Part shown: positions 26,759 through 37,089 of the stretch, piece after piece
Layout of the letters: each line of letters begins with the position of its first letter
How positions within the stretch are numbered: the first letter of the stretch is position 1
From: Spirochaetota bacterium
GTDB lineage: Bacteria; Spirochaetota; Spirochaetia; Treponematales; UBA12059
NCBI GenBank assembly: GCA_018262985.1
Contig: JADFDI010000009.1
Span: forward strand, 11,947-75,946
Direction of reading: 5' to 3'
DNA: 64,000 bases
Program-made: the position numbers and the translations under genes
The notes under the pieces: generated by a model
The model's database searches: none
What the model was told of the DNA's origin: nothing
What the model saw: the letters and a program-made list of their open reading frames with translations, nothing else

Positions 26759-27583
26759 TTATCCGAAGAGCAGGTTCAGGATGGCGCGGCGCACGATGCG
26801 CCACTTGGCGGGCTTCACCTTTCGCTCGAAGACCACGAGCGGATCGGCATCGATGACGCGGCCGGTCCAGTCGTACATGTCGCCCGCCGTGCGGATGGCC
26901 GCCCGCGCGCGCCGGGGGATGAAGCGGTAGCCCTGCACCGCCTCGGCCTTCCAGGCGCGATAGCGCGCGAGCTGGGTCCGGAGGAAGGAGGCCCAGGCCT
27001 CGGGGTCGGCCTCGGCCTCGGCCTTCGAGGGCAGCCAGTCCGCGGCCTTGCCCGTGCCCGCGACCGGCAGGTAGCGGCGGCCGAGCTTGACGTCCTCGGC
27101 GACGTCGCGGATGAAGTTGATGAACTGCATGGCGCGGCCGAGCATGCGGGCGGCATGGTCGGCCTCGGGCGGCAGGCCGAGGACGCGGGCCATGAAGAGG
27201 CCGATCACCTCGGCCGAGCCGTAGACGTAGCCGAGCGTTTCCTCCTCGGTGGCGTAGAAGCGCTTGGAGAGGTCCGCCTCCATCGCGGCGAGGAAGGCAT
27301 CGGTCCAGGCGGGGTCGAAACCCTTGCGCCGCGCGAGCGCGACGAAGTCGTCGATTATAGGGTCGCCGGCGGGCGTGCCCGCGAGGGCGGCGCGGTAGCG
27401 CGCGACGAAGGCGCGGAAACCCGCGGCGTCCTGGGGGACGGCGTCGACGTGGTCGTCGGCGACGCGCACGAAGCCGTAGAGCTCCTCGACGTCGCGGCGC
27501 GCGGCCTTCGGGAAGAAGAGGCTCGAGTTGAAATAGGTGGTGCTGCCCGACTTGAAGACGGCGCGCTGGGCGTTCCCGGCCAT
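26759..27583 (-). CDS. crtB: Phytoene synthase
   Basis: LYGFVRVADD, YVYGSAEVIG and NFIRDVAED..LGRRYLP motifs. Confidence 0.93.
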   Translation of the reverse strand: MAGNAQRAVFKSGSTTYFNSSLFFPKAARRDVEELYGFVRVADDHVDAVPQDAAGFRAFVARYRAALAGTPAGDPIIDDFVALARRKGFDPAWTDAFLAAMEADLSKRFYATEEETLGYVYGSAEVIGLFMARVLGLPPEADHAARMLGRAMQFINFIRDVAEDVKLGRRYLPVAGTGKAADWLPSKAEAEADPEAWASFLRTQLARYRAWKAEAVQGYRFIPRRARAAIRTAGDMYDWTGRVIDADPLVVFERKVKPAKWRIVRRAILNLLFG

Positions 27584-27585
27584 GC

Positions 27586-29094
27586 TCAGAGCTCCGTCGC
27601 GGCCTTCGCCGCCAGTTCCGCCGCCATCAGCACCATGGGCACCCCGATGCCGGGGTGGGTGTACTGGCCCGCGTAGAGCAGGTTGGCGAGCTTCCGGCTC
27701 CGCATGGAGGGCCGGAACACGGCGGTTTGGCCGAGGGTGTGGCTGAGGCCCAGGGCCGTGCCCTTGTACGCGTTGTAGTCGCGCGCGAAGTCGCGCTGGC
27801 TGAAGACCCTCCTCACCTTCGCGGAGTCGAGCAGCTTCTCGCCGAGCATCTTCTCCGCGTGGCGGATGGCGTGGTCGGCGTAGCGCTCGCGCGTCGCGTC
27901 GTCGTCCGCGAGCCCCGCGGCCACGGGGACGAGCAGGAAGAGGTTCTCGCCGCCTTCCGGGGCCATGCCGGGGTCGCTCTTCGTGATGGCCGAGAGGTAG
28001 AAGCACGGATCCTCGGGCCAGGCGGGCTTCCTGAAGATAGCGTCGAAGTGCGTTCCCCAGTCCTCGCGGAAATGGAGGTTGTGGTGCGCGAGCCCCTCGA
28101 GGCGCTTCGAGAGCCCGAGGTAGACGAGGAACATGGAGGGAGCCACCACGCGGCTCGCCCAATACTTTTCGCCATAGCTCCGGCTCGAGGCGTCCAGGAG
28201 CGAAGTCTCCACGTGGGCGTAGTCCGCGCCCGCGACGACGACGTCGGCCTCGAGCTCCCCCCGCTCGCCGGCGGGCTTGCCTTCGGCGTCGAGGCGGCGG
28301 AAGGCCACGGACTTCGCGCGCCGGCCCTCGGCGCGGATCGCCTCGACCTCCGCGGAGAACTCGAACCTGGCCCCGCGCGACGCGGCGAGGCGCCGGATCG
28401 CGTCTGCCACCGCGGTGAGCCCGCCGAGCGGGTAGAACACGCCCTGGGTCAGGTCTACGTGCGAAAGCAGCGAGTACATGCCCGGCGCGGCCTTGGGGTC
28501 GGTGCCGAGGAAGACCATCTCGTACTCGAGGATCTGGCGGAGCCGGCGGTCCTTGAAGCGCCGCGACACCTCGGCGTCCAGGTTGCCGAGCACCTTCATT
28601 TTAAGTCCGTCGACGATGAGGCGGCGGTTGAGGAAGTCGAAAACCGTGCGGTACTCGCGGTAGAGGAACTCTCTCATGGCCACGTCGTACTTGAAGGCCG
28701 CGTCCTCGAGGTAGTCCCGGAGCCGCGCGCCGGCGCCGGGCTCGATGCCTTCGAAGAGGGCTTCCGCGGCCTCGGGTTCGCTCCGCACGTCGACCTTCTC
28801 GCCGGGGCCGAAGAAGACGCGGTAGGAGGGATCGAGGCGGACGAGCTCGTACCAGTCCTCGCGCTTTTCGCCGAACAGGGAGAAGAAGCGCTCGAAGACC
28901 TCGGGCATCAGGTACCACGAGGGGCCCATGTCGAAGGTGAAGCCCTCCGTCTTCCATTCGCGCGCCCGGCCGCCGGCGCTCGCGTTCCGCTCGAGCACCG
29001 TCACGTCCATGCCGTCCCTCGCCATGAGGGCGGCGGCGGCCATGCCGGCGAAGCCGGCGCCGATCACCACGGCCCGTTTACCTTTCACGCTCAT
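27586..29094 (-). CDS. crtI: Phytoene desaturase
   Basis: VIGAGFAG, FDMGPSWY and GQYTHPGIGVP motifs. Confidence 0.93.
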   Translation of the reverse strand: MSVKGKRAVVIGAGFAGMAAAALMARDGMDVTVLERNASAGGRAREWKTEGFTFDMGPSWYLMPEVFERFFSLFGEKREDWYELVRLDPSYRVFFGPGEKVDVRSEPEAAEALFEGIEPGAGARLRDYLEDAAFKYDVAMREFLYREYRTVFDFLNRRLIVDGLKMKVLGNLDAEVSRRFKDRRLRQILEYEMVFLGTDPKAAPGMYSLLSHVDLTQGVFYPLGGLTAVADAIRRLAASRGARFEFSAEVEAIRAEGRRAKSVAFRRLDAEGKPAGERGELEADVVVAGADYAHVETSLLDASSRSYGEKYWASRVVAPSMFLVYLGLSKRLEGLAHHNLHFREDWGTHFDAIFRKPAWPEDPCFYLSAITKSDPGMAPEGGENLFLLVPVAAGLADDDATRERYADHAIRHAEKMLGEKLLDSAKVRRVFSQRDFARDYNAYKGTALGLSHTLGQTAVFRPSMRSRKLANLLYAGQYTHPGIGVPMVLMAAELAAKAATEL

Positions 29095-29101
29095 GTCTGG
29101 T

Positions 29102-29195
29102 AGTGTCGCTCCGGCGCCGCGCGCTCGGCAAGTTTTCCCGCGCGCTTTTCCCCTTGCCGGTCCGGCCGCGCAAATGTTAACTTCATCAAACATTT
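29102..29195. promoter_or_regulatory. Back-to-back promoters for crtI and mvaS with palindromic operator
   Basis: Minus: TTGCCG-18-GACACT-7-ATG. Plus: TTGCCG(29154)-18-TAACTT. AAATGTT-N10-AACATTT at 29172-29195. Confidence 0.55.
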
Positions 29196-29247
29196 TTGTA
29201 TCGCTACGGTTTCGAGAGGCGCGGCGCGCCCGAAGGAGACCCCCGAA

Positions 29248-30588
29248 ATGACAGGCGACGACGTGAAAGTCGGTATCGGCGACATCCGCATCTACGTTCC
29301 CCGCATGCGCATCGACCTCGAGGAAGTGGCTTCGCGCCGCGTGGAGGCCGACCCTTCCCTCGAGAAGCACTTCAACCGCGCCCTCCAGGTGACCGGGCAG
29401 CGCGCCATACGCTTCCCCGCGCCCGGCGAGGATTCGGCGACCCTGGCGGCCGAGTCGGCCCACGAGCTCCTCTCGGAGAGCGACGCGGAGCTGACCGCGA
29501 AGCTCCGCTACCTGGTGGCGGGCACCGAGACCGGCGTCGACCATTCGAAGCCGCTCGCGAGCTACGTGCACGGCATGCTGCAGCGCTCCGGCCTCCCGGT
29601 GCCGGCGAACCTGGCCACCTGGCAGGTCCAGCACGCCTGCGCCGGAGGAACCCTCGGCCTCCTCTCGGTGGCCGGCATGCTCAAGGCCTCCGGCCGCGAC
29701 GAGACGGGCCTCGTGATCGCCTCCGACATATCCCGCTATACCTTGCGCAGCACCGCCGAGATCACCCAGGGCGCCGGCGCGGCGGCCATCCTCGTCGAGC
29801 GCGACCCGCGCCTGCTCGAGATGGATCCGGGTTCCGAAGGCTTCTTCTCGAGCGACGTCGACGACTTCTTCCGGCCCCTGGGCTCCGTGACCGCCAAGGT
29901 CAAGGGCACCTACTCCATGGAGTGCTACAACGAGAGCCTCGACGCCGCCTTCGCCGACCACGCGGAGCGCGTCGGCCGCGACCCGGCCGAGCTCCTCGAG
30001 GAGATGGACTTCGTCGTCCTCCACACGCCCTTCCGCAACATGCCCGAGATGGCCATGAAGAAGCTCCTCGCCTCCCGCCTCGGCTACGACGAGCCCAAGG
30101 CCATCGCCTGGCTCGAGGAGCGGGGCTTCTACCGCGGCGTCGACCCCATCGCCGACATCGGCAACGCCTACTCCGCCAGCCTCTACATCTTCCTCGCGAA
30201 CCTGCTCCGCGACCGCTGGGAGAAGCTCGGCATCGGCATCGTCGGGAAGCGGATCATGGTCGCCTCCTACGGTTCCGGCAACGTCATGACCGTGACGACC
30301 ATGACCGTCGCCAAGGGCGCGCCGGCCGTCATCGCCAAATGGGACCTCGAGGGCTTGATGGAAAACGCGCTTCCGGCGAGCATGGAGGACTACGAGCGCT
30401 GGGCCGAGGGCTACGGTTCCGGCTACGGCGCCGGCGTGAACCCGATCGAGGCGCTCTCGAGCTTCCGCCTCGCGTCGGTCAGGGAAGACGGCTTCAGGGA
30501 GTACCAGCATGGAGAACGCGCGGCCTATCGGCGAGCGGAAAGCGAAGCACCTGTCGATCTGCCTCGATCCCTCGCTCGGGTCGGTTGA
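29248..30588 (+). CDS. mvaS: HMG-CoA synthase
   Basis: GTETGVDHSK, QHACAGG, EITQGAGA, DFFRP and GNAYSAS motifs. Confidence 0.92.
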   Translation: MTGDDVKVGIGDIRIYVPRMRIDLEEVASRRVEADPSLEKHFNRALQVTGQRAIRFPAPGEDSATLAAESAHELLSESDAELTAKLRYLVAGTETGVDHSKPLASYVHGMLQRSGLPVPANLATWQVQHACAGGTLGLLSVAGMLKASGRDETGLVIASDISRYTLRSTAEITQGAGAAAILVERDPRLLEMDPGSEGFFSSDVDDFFRPLGSVTAKVKGTYSMECYNESLDAAFADHAERVGRDPAELLEEMDFVVLHTPFRNMPEMAMKKLLASRLGYDEPKAIAWLEERGFYRGVDPIADIGNAYSASLYIFLANLLRDRWEKLGIGIVGKRIMVASYGSGNVMTVTTMTVAKGAPAVIAKWDLEGLMENALPASMEDYERWAEGYGSGYGAGVNPIEALSSFRLASVREDGFREYQHGERAAYRRAESEAPVDLPRSLARVG

Positions 30589-31576
30589 GGGTTCGGGCGC
30601 GGGCTTCGAGGGGCTTTCCTTCGCGCACCGCGCCCTGCCCGGCCTGTCCTGGGACGAGCTCGACGCCGGCATCGATTTCCTGGGGAAGCGCGTCGCCTTC
30701 CCCTTTTTCATCTCCTGCATGACCGGCGGCTCGGCGGAGGGCTTCCGCGTCAACCGCGAGCTCGCCCTGGCCGCCGGGGAGCTCGGCGTGCCCGTGGGCA
30801 CGGGTTCCATCCGGGTCCTCCTCGAGCACCCCGAGCTGGCCGACCATTTCCGGTTGAAAGCGCACGCGCCCGGCGTCCCGCTCCTGGGGAACCTCGGCGC
30901 CGTGCAGCTTCGCGACCTGGAACCCGCGAGGGTGGACGACCTCGTCGAGCTCATGGGCGCCGACGCGCTGGTCGTCCATCTCAATCCGGGGCAGGAGCTC
31001 TTCGAGGACGACGGCGACCGCGACTTCAGGCGGCTCCGCGAGTCCGTCGCGGCCTTCATCGCCCGAGCGCCGTACCCGGTCGTCGTCAAGGAGACGGGCT
31101 TCGGCATCGCGCCCTCGGACGCGCTCTTCCTGCTCGAGGCCGGCGCCGCCTACGTGGACCTGGCCGGCTCCGGCGGCACCAACTGGATTTCCGTCGAGGG
31201 CTACCGCCACGACGAAGCGTCCCTGGAGGCGGCCCTCGATTTCGCCGACTGGGGATTCCGGACCGCGCCCCTCCTCGCGGCCTCGCCCGTGGAGGGCGGC
31301 CGGATCCTCGCCTCGGGCGGCTTGCGCACGGGCATGGACGTGGCCAAGGCCCTGGCCCTCGGCGCCGCCGCCGCCGGCATGGCCCTGCCGCTCGCGCGCG
31401 CGGCCTCCGAGGGCGGAGCGAAGGCGGTGGCGGCCTACGGCCGCCGGGTCGAGCGCGTCCTCAAGACCGTCATGCTGCTGACCGGTTCGCGCACGGTCGC
31501 GGACCTGAGGCGGCCGGGCGTCCTCTCGATGTCGCGCGGGTTCGCGGAAGAACGCGACCGGATCGCGGGCGCCTAG
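30509..31576 (+). CDS. fni: Isopentenyl-diphosphate isomerase type 2
   Basis: RKAKHL, MTGG, HLNPGQE, KETGFG, GGTNW and SGGLRTG motifs. Confidence 0.92.
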   Translation: MENARPIGERKAKHLSICLDPSLGSVEGSGAGFEGLSFAHRALPGLSWDELDAGIDFLGKRVAFPFFISCMTGGSAEGFRVNRELALAAGELGVPVGTGSIRVLLEHPELADHFRLKAHAPGVPLLGNLGAVQLRDLEPARVDDLVELMGADALVVHLNPGQELFEDDGDRDFRRLRESVAAFIARAPYPVVVKETGFGIAPSDALFLLEAGAAYVDLAGSGGTNWISVEGYRHDEASLEAALDFADWGFRTAPLLAASPVEGGRILASGGLRTGMDVAKALALGAAAAGMALPLARAASEGGAKAVAAYGRRVERVLKTVMLLTGSRTVADLRRPGVLSMSRGFAEERDRIAGA

Positions 31577-31666
31577 GAGCCCGGCGTCGCGGTTCCCCGG
31601 CCGGGCGTTCCGGCGTCCGCGGCCCGCCCCTGTCCCTTCCGGCCGCGGAGCGCTAGAATGGCCGCC

Positions 31667-33055
31667 ATGCAACACGGCCCCGACACCCATTCGCGCACGG
31701 CCTTCCTCGGTTCCGGCCCCATCCTGCCCCTCCTCCTCAAGATGGGCGTTCCGGCGGCCACCGGCATGCTGGTCAACGCGCTCTACAACATCGTGGACAC
31801 CATCTTCGTGGGCCAGGGCGTCGGCCCGCTGGCCATCGCCGCGCTGACCATCGCCTTCCCGATACAGCTGACCGTCTCCGCGCTCGCCCAGGGACTCGGC
31901 GTCGGCGCGGCCTCCATCGTGTCGCGCCGGCTCGGCGAAAAGCGCGACGAGGACGCCGCCCGGGCCATCGGCACGGCCTACGCCGCCATCGCCGTCGTCA
32001 CCGCGGTCCTGGTGGCGCTCGTCATGGCCTACACGGATTCCGTGCTGCGCTTCTTCGGCGCGGGGCCGGAGGTGATGCCGTTCGCGCGCGAGTACCTGCG
32101 CGTCGTGGCGCCGGGCTTTTTCTTCTTCGCCAGCTCCATGGCCGCGAGCTCGCTCGTGCGCGCGGAAGGCAACGCCCGCGCCTCGATGACGGGCATGCTG
32201 ATCGGCGCCCTGCTGAACGTGGCGCTCGACCCGATCTTCATCTTCGGTTTCGGGATGGGCGTGCGCGGCGCGGCCCTCGCCACCGTGATCAGCCAGGCCG
32301 TCTCCTTCGCCTACCTCGCTTCCCTCTACGTCCGCCGCAAGACCCACGTACGCCTCGAGGTCCGGCACTTCTCCCCGCGTCCGGCCCTGCTCGTCGAGGA
32401 GGCCTTCCTCGGCGTGCCCGCCTTCGTGCAGTCCGCGGGCATGAGCCTCTTGGCCCTGCTCATCAACACGACGCTCCGCGCGCGCGGCGGCGACCTGGCC
32501 ATCTCGACCTACGGCATGGCGCACCGCCTGATCATGCTGGTCATCTTCCCCATACTCGGCATGGCCCAGGGCTTCCAGCCCATAGTCGGCTACAACTACG
32601 GGGCCCGCAGCTTCGACCGCGTGAAGCGGACCATCCGCGTCGCGGTGGCCACGGTGTCGTGCATCGCGGGCGCCGCCTGGCTCGCCCTCATGATCTTCCC
32701 CGGGGTCCTGGTATCGATGTTCACCCGCGACGCCGCCCTGGTCGCTTCGAGCGCCCGCGTGCTCCGCACCATGGTGCTCTTCATCCCGCTCGCGGCCGTG
32801 CAGATCCTCGGCTCCACCTACTTCCAGGCCGTGGGGAAGGGGCGCCACGCGCTCGCCCTCGGCCTTTCGCGCCAGTTCCTGGTGCTGATTCCCCTCATCC
32901 TCGCGCTGCCGCGCTTCTTCGGGCTCGACGGCGTCTGGTACGCCTACCCCGCGGCGGACCTGATCGCGAGCTCGGTCACGGTCGCCTTCCTGCTCCGCGA
33001 GCTCTCGCACCTCGACACCCGTCACGCGGGGGAGGCCCGCCCCCAAGCTTCGTGA
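31667..33055 (+). CDS. MATE efflux transporter (MepA-like)
   Basis: LYNIVDTIFVG, NVALDPIFIF and QPIVGYNYGA motifs. Confidence 0.92.
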   Translation: MQHGPDTHSRTAFLGSGPILPLLLKMGVPAATGMLVNALYNIVDTIFVGQGVGPLAIAALTIAFPIQLTVSALAQGLGVGAASIVSRRLGEKRDEDAARAIGTAYAAIAVVTAVLVALVMAYTDSVLRFFGAGPEVMPFAREYLRVVAPGFFFFASSMAASSLVRAEGNARASMTGMLIGALLNVALDPIFIFGFGMGVRGAALATVISQAVSFAYLASLYVRRKTHVRLEVRHFSPRPALLVEEAFLGVPAFVQSAGMSLLALLINTTLRARGGDLAISTYGMAHRLIMLVIFPILGMAQGFQPIVGYNYGARSFDRVKRTIRVAVATVSCIAGAAWLALMIFPGVLVSMFTRDAALVASSARVLRTMVLFIPLAAVQILGSTYFQAVGKGRHALALGLSRQFLVLIPLILALPRFFGLDGVWYAYPAADLIASSVTVAFLLRELSHLDTRHAGEARPQAS

Positions 33056-33126
33056 CACTTGCACTCGCTGACTTCCCCAAGCTTCGTGACACTTGCACTC
33101 GCTGACTTCCCCAAGCTTCGTGACAC
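33041..33126. repeat. 34-bp tandem repeat, 2.5 copies
   Basis: CCCCAAGCTTCGTGACACTTGCACTCGCTGACTT at 33041 and 33075; first 18 bp again at 33109. Confidence 0.95.
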
Positions 33127-33154
33127 CGACGAGGAGCTGCGCTAGAGTGGTCGC

Positions 33155-33610
33155 ATGAAGCACGCCCATCTTTTCCGCGCCGCCGCGTCCGCTCCGGCCG
33201 CCTTCGCGCTGCTCCTCCTCGTCGCCTCGTGCGCGGCCGTTCCGGAGCCGCTCGCCCCCCCCGTCCCGCCCTCCTTTCCCGGCGGCTCCTGGCTGCTCGT
33301 GGAACTCGGCGGAAAAGCGGTCGCCGACTCCGTCGGCGAGAAGATCCCCACCCTGGCCTTCGGCGGGGACGGCGCTGCCGGCGGCTCGAGCGGCTGCAAC
33401 CAGTACGGGACGAAGTGGACCCTTTCCGGAGACGACGGCATCGCCTTCGCGGAGCTCTGGAGCACCAAGATGTTCTGCGTCGACGTCCTCATCGAGGTCG
33501 AGTATTACGAGATGTTCCGGAAGACCCGGGCCTGGCGGGTCGAAGGCGGCCGGCTCGTCCTCTCGGACGGGTCGGGGAAGGTCCTCGCCGTCTTCGAGCG
33601 CGCGGAATAA
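33155..33610 (+). CDS. META-domain (HslJ-like) lipoprotein
   Basis: Lipobox VASC; GSSGCNQY and STKMFC motifs. Confidence 0.85.
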   Translation: MKHAHLFRAAASAPAAFALLLLVASCAAVPEPLAPPVPPSFPGGSWLLVELGGKAVADSVGEKIPTLAFGGDGAAGGSSGCNQYGTKWTLSGDDGIAFAELWSTKMFCVDVLIEVEYYEMFRKTRAWRVEGGRLVLSDGSGKVLAVFERAE

Positions 33611-33687
33611 AGCAAGGCCCGGCCTCGGCGGCCGGGCCGCGCGACGGACGCGAACCGCCCGCGCGGCGGTCCCTTGGAGGATGTCCC

Positions 33688-34902
33688 ATGGAAGAACGGT
33701 TCAGGCGCGACGGCGCCTTCTGGGTGAGTCCCTGGAATTTCAAGCCCGAGGTGCTGACCGGGAGCGAAGCGCCCGCGAAGGTGCTGGTGCACGACGCGAC
33801 GCTGCGCGACGGCGAGCAGACGCCCGGGGTGGTCTTCCGCAAGGCCGACAAGGTGGCCATCGCGAAGGCCCTCGACCGGGCCGGCGTCGACCGCATCGAG
33901 GCGGGCATGCCCGCGGTGTCGTCCGAGGACTTCGAGGCGATCGCGGAGATCGCGAAGCTGGGCCTGCGCGCCGAGGTGTACGCCTTCGCGCGCGCCATGA
34001 CGGAGGACGTCGACAAGGCGCTCGAGTGCGGCGCGAAGGGCGTCCTCGTCGAGGTGCCCATCGGCTGGCCGAAGCTGGTCGGGCAGTTCCATTGGACCTG
34101 GGAGGACGTGCTCAGGAAAAGCGTGCCCGTGCTCCAGTACGCGAAGGCGAAGGGCCTCAAGACGGTCTTCTTCCCCTACGACGCGACGCGCGCCCGCGAG
34201 GAGGACCTCGACGCCCTGCTCGAGGCCGTCGCGCGCGAGGCCGCGCCGGACTCCGTGGGCCTGGTGGACACCATGGGCTGCGCGAGCCCCGAGGCCATCG
34301 CCTACCTGACGCGGAAATACCGCGACCTCAGCGGGGCGCCGGTGGAGATCCACACCCACAACGACTTCGGCCTCGCGGTGGCCACGGAGCTCGCCGCGGT
34401 GCGCGCGGGCGCCTCGGTGGTCCACTCCTGCGTCAACGGGCTCGGCGAGCGCACCGGCAACGCGCCGCTCGAGGAGCTCGTCCTCGCGCTCGACCTGCTC
34501 TACGGCCACGGTCCGTCGCGCGACTACGCCGCGCTCGCGGAGCTCTCGGCCCTGGTCGCGTCCTTGAGCGGCGTTCCGCTGGCCCGCAACAAGCCCGTGG
34601 CGGGCGAAGGCAACTACACCCGCGAGTCGGGCATCGGAGCCAACCTCGTGGTCGAGGACCCGCTCGCCATGTTCGCCACGCATCCGGCCCTTTTCGGTCG
34701 GAAGGGTTCCGTGGTGCTCGGCAAGAAGAGCGGGAAGCCGAGCGTCGCCTTCAAGCTGGCCGAACTCGGCCTCGGGGATTTGGACGAAGGAGCGGCGGCC
34801 GAGCTGCTCGCGCGCGTCAAGGCGCTCGGCAACGAAAAGCGTCGCCTCGTCGCCGACGACGAATTCCGCGAGCTCGTGGCGGCGGTCCGGTCCGGCCGCT
34901 GA
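33688..34902 (+). CDS. LeuA/homocitrate synthase-family enzyme without regulatory domain
   Basis: DATLRDGEQ, HTHNDFG, GLGERTGN and VLGKKSG motifs. Confidence 0.85.
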   Translation: MEERFRRDGAFWVSPWNFKPEVLTGSEAPAKVLVHDATLRDGEQTPGVVFRKADKVAIAKALDRAGVDRIEAGMPAVSSEDFEAIAEIAKLGLRAEVYAFARAMTEDVDKALECGAKGVLVEVPIGWPKLVGQFHWTWEDVLRKSVPVLQYAKAKGLKTVFFPYDATRAREEDLDALLEAVAREAAPDSVGLVDTMGCASPEAIAYLTRKYRDLSGAPVEIHTHNDFGLAVATELAAVRAGASVVHSCVNGLGERTGNAPLEELVLALDLLYGHGPSRDYAALAELSALVASLSGVPLARNKPVAGEGNYTRESGIGANLVVEDPLAMFATHPALFGRKGSVVLGKKSGKPSVAFKLAELGLGDLDEGAAAELLARVKALGNEKRRLVADDEFRELVAAVRSGR

Positions 34903-34950
34903 GGAAGGTCGCGCCGGAGCCGGACGCGCCGCGCGCGCGAGGGCGCCATG

Positions 34951-34981
34951 AAAAAAAGCCCGCCGGACGGATCCGGCGGGC
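34951..34981 (-). terminator. Intrinsic terminator after ask
   Basis: GCCCGCCGGA-CGGA-TCCGGCGGGC with A7 on the left. Confidence 0.8.
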
Positions 34982-35017
34982 GCGCGCTCCCCAGGAGAAG
35001 GAAGGGCGTGTCGCTGC

Positions 35018-35995
35018 CTATTTCACGGCCGCGGCGAAGAGCGCCTTGGCGAGGCGGGGCGCCGCGTCGGGCGCGCACGCGAACGCGGCCACGTCCGCGT
35101 CGTCCGAAGCCTCGCGCCGGGCTCCCGCCGCTTCGGCGGCCGCGACGAGGGCTTCGAGGCGGACGGCGAGCGTTCCCTGGCGGAACACGGCCGCCACCCG
35201 GGCCGCATCGGCCCCTTTGACGAGCGCGACGCCGAGCAGGGCCGGGGCGTCCGCGCCCATGGGGTCGGGACCGATCGCGGTGCCCTCCCCCGAATCGAAG
35301 GTGGAGCGGACGCGGATCCGCACCCCGTAGCGCTCGCCGATCAGGGCCGAGCGGTCGTGGAGCACGCGCGCCCCGTTGGCGGCCAGGCGGTACATCGAGC
35401 GGTAGTCGAAGTAGGGCAGGAAGCGCGCCTCGGGAACGACGCGCGGATCGGCCTGCGCCACGCCCGGCACGTCGGTGAAGATGTCCACGCGGTCCGCGCC
35501 GACGAAGGCGCCGATGGCGACGGCGCTGGTGTCCGAGCCGCCGCGGCCGAGGGTCACGAGGTCGCCCGCGGCGTCGACGCCCTGGAAGCCCGCCACCACG
35601 GGCACGATGCCCTCGTCGACGAGGCCGCGGATCCGGCCCGAGTCGGCCGCCACGGGCTCCGCGTCGCCGAAGGGGCCCTCGGCCTTGATGCCGGCCGAAT
35701 AGGCGCTCAGGGGCACGGCTTCCATGCCCTTCGAGCGGAGCAGCTCCGCCACGACGCAGGCCGAGATCAGCTCGCCGCACGAGGCGACCAGGTCGCGGAC
35801 CATGGGCGTCGCGTCAGGCACCAGGCCGAGCAGGGTGTCGGTCGCGTAGGGCGCGCCCGCGCGGCCCATCGCCGATACGACGACGACGACGCGGTTTCCC
35901 GCGGCGCGCTCGCGCGCGACCTGGCCGGCCAGGGCCTCGCGGGCCTCGGCCGTGGCGACCGAGGTGCCGCCGAACTTCTGGACGACGAGGGCCAT
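35018..35995 (-). CDS. Aspartokinase, DapG-like, short C-terminus
   Basis: VQKFGGTS, SAMGRAGAPYATDTLL, TLGRGGSD and DPR motifs. Confidence 0.88.
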   Translation of the reverse strand: MALVVQKFGGTSVATAEAREALAGQVARERAAGNRVVVVVSAMGRAGAPYATDTLLGLVPDATPMVRDLVASCGELISACVVAELLRSKGMEAVPLSAYSAGIKAEGPFGDAEPVAADSGRIRGLVDEGIVPVVAGFQGVDAAGDLVTLGRGGSDTSAVAIGAFVGADRVDIFTDVPGVAQADPRVVPEARFLPYFDYRSMYRLAANGARVLHDRSALIGERYGVRIRVRSTFDSGEGTAIGPDPMGADAPALLGVALVKGADAARVAAVFRQGTLAVRLEALVAAAEAAGARREASDDADVAAFACAPDAAPRLAKALFAAAVK

Positions 35996-35999
35996 CTCG

Positions 36000-37016
<1,017 letters not shown>

Positions 37017-37089
37017 CGTTCGCTCCTCATCAGGTCTGGGGGGATTCTGGCCGGCCCGGGGCTTCGCGAGCCCCGGGCCGGCGGCTTGT

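Noticed and set aside
30509-30588. Programmed frameshift or mvaS-fni fusion at the 80-bp overlap
   Set aside because: fni has its own AGGGAG SD and ATG, and no slippery sequence is visible; a simple C-terminal extension of mvaS explains the overlap.
27586-31107. Apparent giant fusions from the ORF track (1173-aa CrtI, 1130-aa FdhF, 1051-aa TAXI, 1035-aa kinase, 640-aa MFS)
   Set aside because: The N-terminal extensions are read-through of neighbouring genes in stop-poor frames; internal starts with an RBS or promoter fit the families.
33041-33126. Mini CRISPR array
   Set aside because: The 16-bp spacers are identical and too short; no cas genes or leader.
37050-37082. Terminator or REP element between the aminotransferase and asd
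   Set aside because: Strong GC hairpin but no U-tract and no second copy noticed in the window; function unresolved.
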